From Crocinitomicaceae bacterium (GTDB taxonomy: Bacteria; Bacteroidota; Bacteroidia; Flavobacteriales_D; Crocinitomicaceae), in NCBI GenBank assembly GCA_022425625.1, contig JAKMFD010000002.1, positions 1 to 59,428 on the forward strand: DNA of 59,428 nt, written 5' to 3'. Both the position numbers and the translations under genes were made by a program. Of the stretch, positions 55,523-59,428 are shown in pieces; within the stretch, counting starts at the first letter, position 1, and the number at the start of each line of letters is the position of its first letter. The notes beneath the pieces were generated by a model. That model did not search any database. It was given only the letters and a program-made list of their open reading frames with translations, and was not told the origin of the DNA.

Positions 55523-56313
55523 GGGACACTCAGTGCATTAATGAAATTAGTCACTACCTTATCAGAAAGCAATTGCTCGCTATTATTGGAGTGCGTTAAA
55601 AATTCATCTTTAAGGTCTATAGCATTGCCTTCGGCAGCCAAGAAGCTAGACAAGTCTAATTGCAAGTTAAGGGTATGCTCATTTTCTCCAGTTTGTTCCC
55701 AAGAAAGGTTTTCAAAAGAGCATGTTTGAAGCAAAGCATCTGTACCAATATGAAAACTAAAATTATGGTTAAACGTTTCGTTTGCTAGGGTGTCGGCTTT
55801 ACCTTCTAATTTAATAAATATATAGCCTGTATTCCAGCTCCAATGCATAGTCCCTGCATTTTCAATATTTAAGTCACTGTCTGTATTGAAGGCCGATGGA
55901 TCGCTGTGGTTATTTATGGGGTCGACGCCGACGAGCCCCTGTAACTCACTATATGTCTTGTAATCTTTAGCCGCCCCTAGTAAGAGTGTACCCTTTTCTC
56001 TGAAGTCAAATATTGAAGACATGTTTATGGTGTCCTCTTGATTGTTTAATTGACTCATAAAAAAGCTGATAGTTGTAAATTTCACACCGTATCCTTCAAT
56101 AGTATTATAGCTGGAGTCTAAATATAAATCCAAACCATTAAAAACAGGAGTGATATGGATTTTAATTGAATCAATGGTGCTGTAGGTACAACTGCCATCG
56201 TTATGAGTGGCATTTGCATTGTAGTTTTCAGCAGATTCATCTGTGCACCCCTTTTTTTTACACCCGTTCAAGGTGCTAATAACGATTAAAATAAAAAAAA
56301 TAATCTTCATCAT
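55519..56313 (-). CDS. MbnP-like lipoprotein (probable partner or substrate of the adjacent di-haem peroxidase).
   Basis: It has a lipobox (LNGC) and a GCTDESAENYNANATHNDGSC module. The segment MHWSWNTGYIFIKLEGK matches my recollection of the conserved MbnP core. An ATGA overlap couples it to the peroxidase gene. Confidence 0.5.
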   Translation of the reverse strand: MMKIIFFILIVISTLNGCKKKGCTDESAENYNANATHNDGSCTYSTIDSIKIHITPVFNGLDLYLDSSYNTIEGYGVKFTTISFFMSQLNNQEDTINMSSIFDFREKGTLLLGAAKDYKTYSELQGLVGVDPINNHSDPSAFNTDSDLNIENAGTMHWSWNTGYIFIKLEGKADTLANETFNHNFSFHIGTDALLQTCSFENLSWEQTGENEHTLNLQLDLSSFLAAEGNAIDLKDEFLTHSNNSEQLLSDKVVTNFINALSVP

Positions 56314-56320
56314 ATTACTT

Positions 56321-56328
56321 CAAAATTA
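56321..56328 (-). promoter_or_regulatory. Candidate -7 promoter box (TAATTTTG on the minus strand) for the MbnP-like cluster.
   Basis: It matches TAnnTTTG exactly, 7-10 nt upstream of the tandem ATG codons at 56313/56310. This implies a very short leader. Confidence 0.3.
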
Positions 56329-56382
56329 AGCTAAAATAATCGGTTTTTCCTATTTTTAAGCGTACAGAAATTTCAGAATGAC

Positions 56383-59300
56383 ATGCTCTCAACTATAGAT
56401 AGAAAAAAGACGCCTTTATGTGTTTTAAGCGCTTCTGCCGGAAGTGGTAAAACTTTTCAACTTGTTCTAGAGTACTTGTCTATTCTATTAGCTCCAGACA
56501 GCACTTCGAAATACAAAGGTATCGTCGCTATTACCTTTACGAACAAGGCATCTACGGAAATGAAAACAAGGATTATCGATGCTTTGTTTAACATTGCAAA
56601 ATATGATTCATCTGAAAACGATGCTAAAACTGAGTCAATTGTTACGGAGCTTGAAAAAATCATAAAATTAAAAGCACCTGAGCTTCGCCTCAGAGCATCC
56701 AATGCTTTAAAAGCAATTCTTCATGGATATGAAAATTTCAATGTCTCCACAATAGATAAATTCAACCTGAGATTGATTAAATCATTTTCAAATGACCTCA
56801 ATTTACCTGCAGAATTTGAAATTTCTTTAAATGAGAAGGAGGTTCTTGACGAAGTTTTAGAGCTCATGTTGAGTAGTGTCGGCTCTGAGGATAACTTAAA
56901 ACTTACAAAACTTGTAAAAAACTACGCAAAGTCAAATTTTCAAGATGGCAGTCAATGGAATTTTAAAAGACATTTATTGGCATTTGCAGCAGCATTGAAC
57001 AACGAAAAAAACAAGTCCTATATTGCACTTCTTGAAACTTTTGATTTTAATGAAAAAGAGTTTGGATTAATTTGTAATGAGCTTAAAGAGATCAATGATA
57101 AGTTCTTAAAATTACATTATAGTCTAAAGGTTTATGTGGATGGTTTAAATCTTAACCCTGAAGACCTCCCGGGAAAGTCAAACACCACGAAATCACTCAA
57201 TAAAATACTCAGCTTTCGAAGGTTCCCAACCTTTAAAAGAGATACTTCATTGTTAACTTCTACTTTCGTGACGCTTTGCGAAAAGCCAGGTGATTCGAAG
57301 GCATTCACATTTGAGCTGAAGCAGCAACTGTTGACCCTAAATGCATTTCATGCGAATTATGCTCAGCGACATATGATGCTGTCAAAATACAAAGCTAATT
57401 TTTACAATATGGCCTTGCTAAAGTATATTTCGGATGCTTTAAAAGACCTCAGGATAAAAACAAAAGTCATACGTATTTCTGAATTTAATGAATTGATAGG
57501 ATCTTTGGTTCAACAGGAGGATGCACCTTATATTTATGAACGCTTCGGAACGCGATACGAACATTTTTTATTAGATGAATTTCAGGATACTTCTCGTCTT
57601 CAATGGTTGAATTTACTCCCTTTATTGCGTGAATCTCTTTCTAATGGGAAACAAAATTTAATCGTAGGAGACCCAAAGCAGTCTATTTATAGATTTAATA
57701 ATGGCTTGGCAGAGCAGTTTGTTGCCCTACCGTCTATATATAATCCGGAGGAGGATCCTAAAATTGAAAACCATTCAGTATACTTTAGTCAGATGGGTAT
57801 CAAAAAGCCTCTAGAAATGAATTACCGATCTTCTCCAGAGATTGTTAATTTCAATAATAGTTTTTTTGAAAATTTCAAGACCTCCTTACCGTCTAGATTC
57901 GAGCCTTTTTATGATGCGGTTTCTCAATCGCCTGCCGCAAAGAAAAGCGGCTTTGTTAAGATTGTTTCTGAAAAAAGAAAACCTGATCCTGATGAAATGA
58001 TTGAAGAGATTTATACAATTATTAACGAATCATTAGAGGATTCCTATGACCTTGGCGATATATGCATCTTAACAGATAAGAACGATCTTGGTGTTAAGAT
58101 TGCCAATAAATTAACCAAGAAGGGGATAACTGTATTTTCTCAGGAGTCACTTTTGATTTCAAGAAATATGGAAGTGCGACTGCTTATTGCTTTTCTGAAA
58201 TGGAGAATGAAGCCTACTGTGGATTTAATGAAACGTCAATTTGCTGAGCTCTATTTTAGAATGAATCAAACAGCAAATGACCCTTATTTCAATTACATAA
58301 AATTGGTAATAAATAAGTCGGGTAAATCCATAAAGATTTTTGACGATGATCAATTTTTAAGTGATTATTTTGGTGGTGCTAAAAAGTTCTTTAAGCCCTT
58401 TGAGAATCTGGTACAACTCGTTCAAGAATTCATTAGATTAATGGGTTGGAAAGAGGTAGAAAATCCTTACTTGCATCAATTTTCAGATTTGGTTTTTCAA
58501 TTCCAATGCAATCGACAATCTGATTTATCTAAGTTCATTGAGTATTTTGAGGACAATAAGTCAAAGTTTGCATTGAAGATGCCAGAAAGTAAAGATGCCG
58601 TTCAAATAATGACAATTCATAAGTCAAAGGGGCTAGAGTTTCCGATAGTAATAATTCCAAAGGTTGATTTCAGTTTAAGCATTCATAATGAATCCAAGTT
58701 TTTTATTGAGTCCGATGGAAAGGTGTTATACACTTCATTGAGTAAGACAAATATCTTAGATGAAATACATGAAAAGGCCTTAGAAGAAGAAAATTTGATT
58801 CTGCTTGACAAATTGAATTTGTTATATGTGGGATTAACAAGACCTGAAAGACGATTGTATGTATTTAATAGATTTCATAGAGCCTCTAATTTGGGCCATC
58901 GTTTTCACGATATTCTAATGCAAACCTTTGACCTGAGCGAACAAGACGGGATATGTAAATATCAGATAGGTGAGCGCTCAAAGAAAGGATTAAAGGTTAT
59001 GGATATGGGGGATTTTTATATTCCTAAAGAGGTTGTCAATGAATCTTCCGTATTTCAAATTGCTTTTAAAGAGAGACTAAAAGAGGATCATAGTTCACAG
59101 GAAGAAAGATTATTTGGTGTTTATTTTCATCTTCTAATGGCTAAAGTAGATACGGCTGAAACTATTGATGATACGTTAGGTGTTCTCATCGAAAATGGAC
59201 TTGTTCAAGTCTCAATGAAAGCAAAGCTGATTGATACCGCTCATACTTTCTTTAAAATCGCCGCGGAGAACAAGCTTTATAGCGGGGTAGAGAAAGTACT

Positions 59301-59428
59301 CAACGAGCACCCAATACTTTTACCGACAGGTAAGATATTTATTCCAGATAAGGTGATAATTCGTTCAACTGACATAATTGTGCTTGATTTTAAGACAGGA
59401 AAAGAAGAGTCAAAACATCAAAAGCAGA
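56383..59428 (+). CDS. UvrD/AddA-type helicase-nuclease, 3'-truncated by the window edge (1015 codons seen).
   Basis: It is absent from the ORF track because it has no stop in the window. ATG 56383 opens MLSTIDRKKTPLCVLSASAGSGKTF (Walker A). Further motifs are LLDEFQDTS (II), VGDPKQSIYRF (III), NYRSSPEIVNF (IV) and TIHKSKGLEFP...LLYVGLTRPERRLY (V/VI). At the end, IPDKV...VLDFKTGK is a PD-(D/E)XK nuclease motif. I read the frame through to 59428 and found no stop. Confidence 0.85.
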   Translation, partial: MLSTIDRKKTPLCVLSASAGSGKTFQLVLEYLSILLAPDSTSKYKGIVAITFTNKASTEMKTRIIDALFNIAKYDSSENDAKTESIVTELEKIIKLKAPELRLRASNALKAILHGYENFNVSTIDKFNLRLIKSFSNDLNLPAEFEISLNEKEVLDEVLELMLSSVGSEDNLKLTKLVKNYAKSNFQDGSQWNFKRHLLAFAAALNNEKNKSYIALLETFDFNEKEFGLICNELKEINDKFLKLHYSLKVYVDGLNLNPEDLPGKSNTTKSLNKILSFRRFPTFKRDTSLLTSTFVTLCEKPGDSKAFTFELKQQLLTLNAFHANYAQRHMMLSKYKANFYNMALLKYISDALKDLRIKTKVIRISEFNELIGSLVQQEDAPYIYERFGTRYEHFLLDEFQDTSRLQWLNLLPLLRESLSNGKQNLIVGDPKQSIYRFNNGLAEQFVALPSIYNPEEDPKIENHSVYFSQMGIKKPLEMNYRSSPEIVNFNNSFFENFKTSLPSRFEPFYDAVSQSPAAKKSGFVKIVSEKRKPDPDEMIEEIYTIINESLEDSYDLGDICILTDKNDLGVKIANKLTKKGITVFSQESLLISRNMEVRLLIAFLKWRMKPTVDLMKRQFAELYFRMNQTANDPYFNYIKLVINKSGKSIKIFDDDQFLSDYFGGAKKFFKPFENLVQLVQEFIRLMGWKEVENPYLHQFSDLVFQFQCNRQSDLSKFIEYFEDNKSKFALKMPESKDAVQIMTIHKSKGLEFPIVIIPKVDFSLSIHNESKFFIESDGKVLYTSLSKTNILDEIHEKALEEENLILLDKLNLLYVGLTRPERRLYVFNRFHRASNLGHRFHDILMQTFDLSEQDGICKYQIGERSKKGLKVMDMGDFYIPKEVVNESSVFQIAFKERLKEDHSSQEERLFGVYFHLLMAKVDTAETIDDTLGVLIENGLVQVSMKAKLIDTAHTFFKIAAENKLYSGVEKVLNEHPILLPTGKIFIPDKVIIRSTDIIVLDFKTGKEESKHQKQ

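Noticed and set aside
56457-56702. An 81-aa minus-strand ORF listed in the track.
   Set aside because: It lies antisense inside the long helicase-nuclease frame (56383-59428), which has clear SF1 motifs. The short ORF has no recognisable features.

Overview
This is an AT-rich, gene-dense chromosomal window of about 50 protein genes and 2 tRNAs. I found no rRNA, CRISPR array, transposase or integrase. It looks like a Bacteroidota genome, most likely of Flavobacteriales type. Four secreted proteins carry type IX secretion (T9SS) C-terminal sorting domains, of both type A and type B. Several genes are preceded by the Bacteroidota TAnnTTTG -7 promoter box. Many genes also match Bacteroidota-typical families (DUF3078, DUF3089, DUF3127, DUF721-recF, bshB1). 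Most of the content is housekeeping: gcvP, etfBA, menA, recF, metK, fabD, truA, coaE, aroA, a DAHP synthase/chorismate mutase fusion, pruA, a DEAD-box helicase and a nupC-type transporter. Large T9SS adhesin-like proteins are interspersed among these. The ORF track misses two ORFs that are open at the window edges: an AlkB-like N-terminus at 1-120(-) and a roughly 1015-codon UvrD/AddA-type helicase-nuclease at 56383-59428(+). It also hides a homopolymer frameshift that splits a GT4 glycosyltransferase, whose restored reading frame runs 10 nt into tRNA-Arg. The best candidate for an undescribed system is a tightly coupled four-gene minus-strand cluster at 52009-56313. It encodes an MbnP-like lipoprotein, a MauG/MbnH-like di-haem peroxidase, a 472-aa cytoplasmic protein I cannot assign to any family, and a WYL-domain regulator fused to it by a TAATG junction. 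Secondary leads are a DUF3127 OB-fold protein ending in a canonical SSB-type acidic tip (DDLPF), a coupled FkbM-methyltransferase / fatty-acid-hydroxylase / DUF2141 operon, and a 531-nt tandem duplication inside a T9SS adhesin gene. All family assignments come from motif recognition by eye, and none has been checked against a database.
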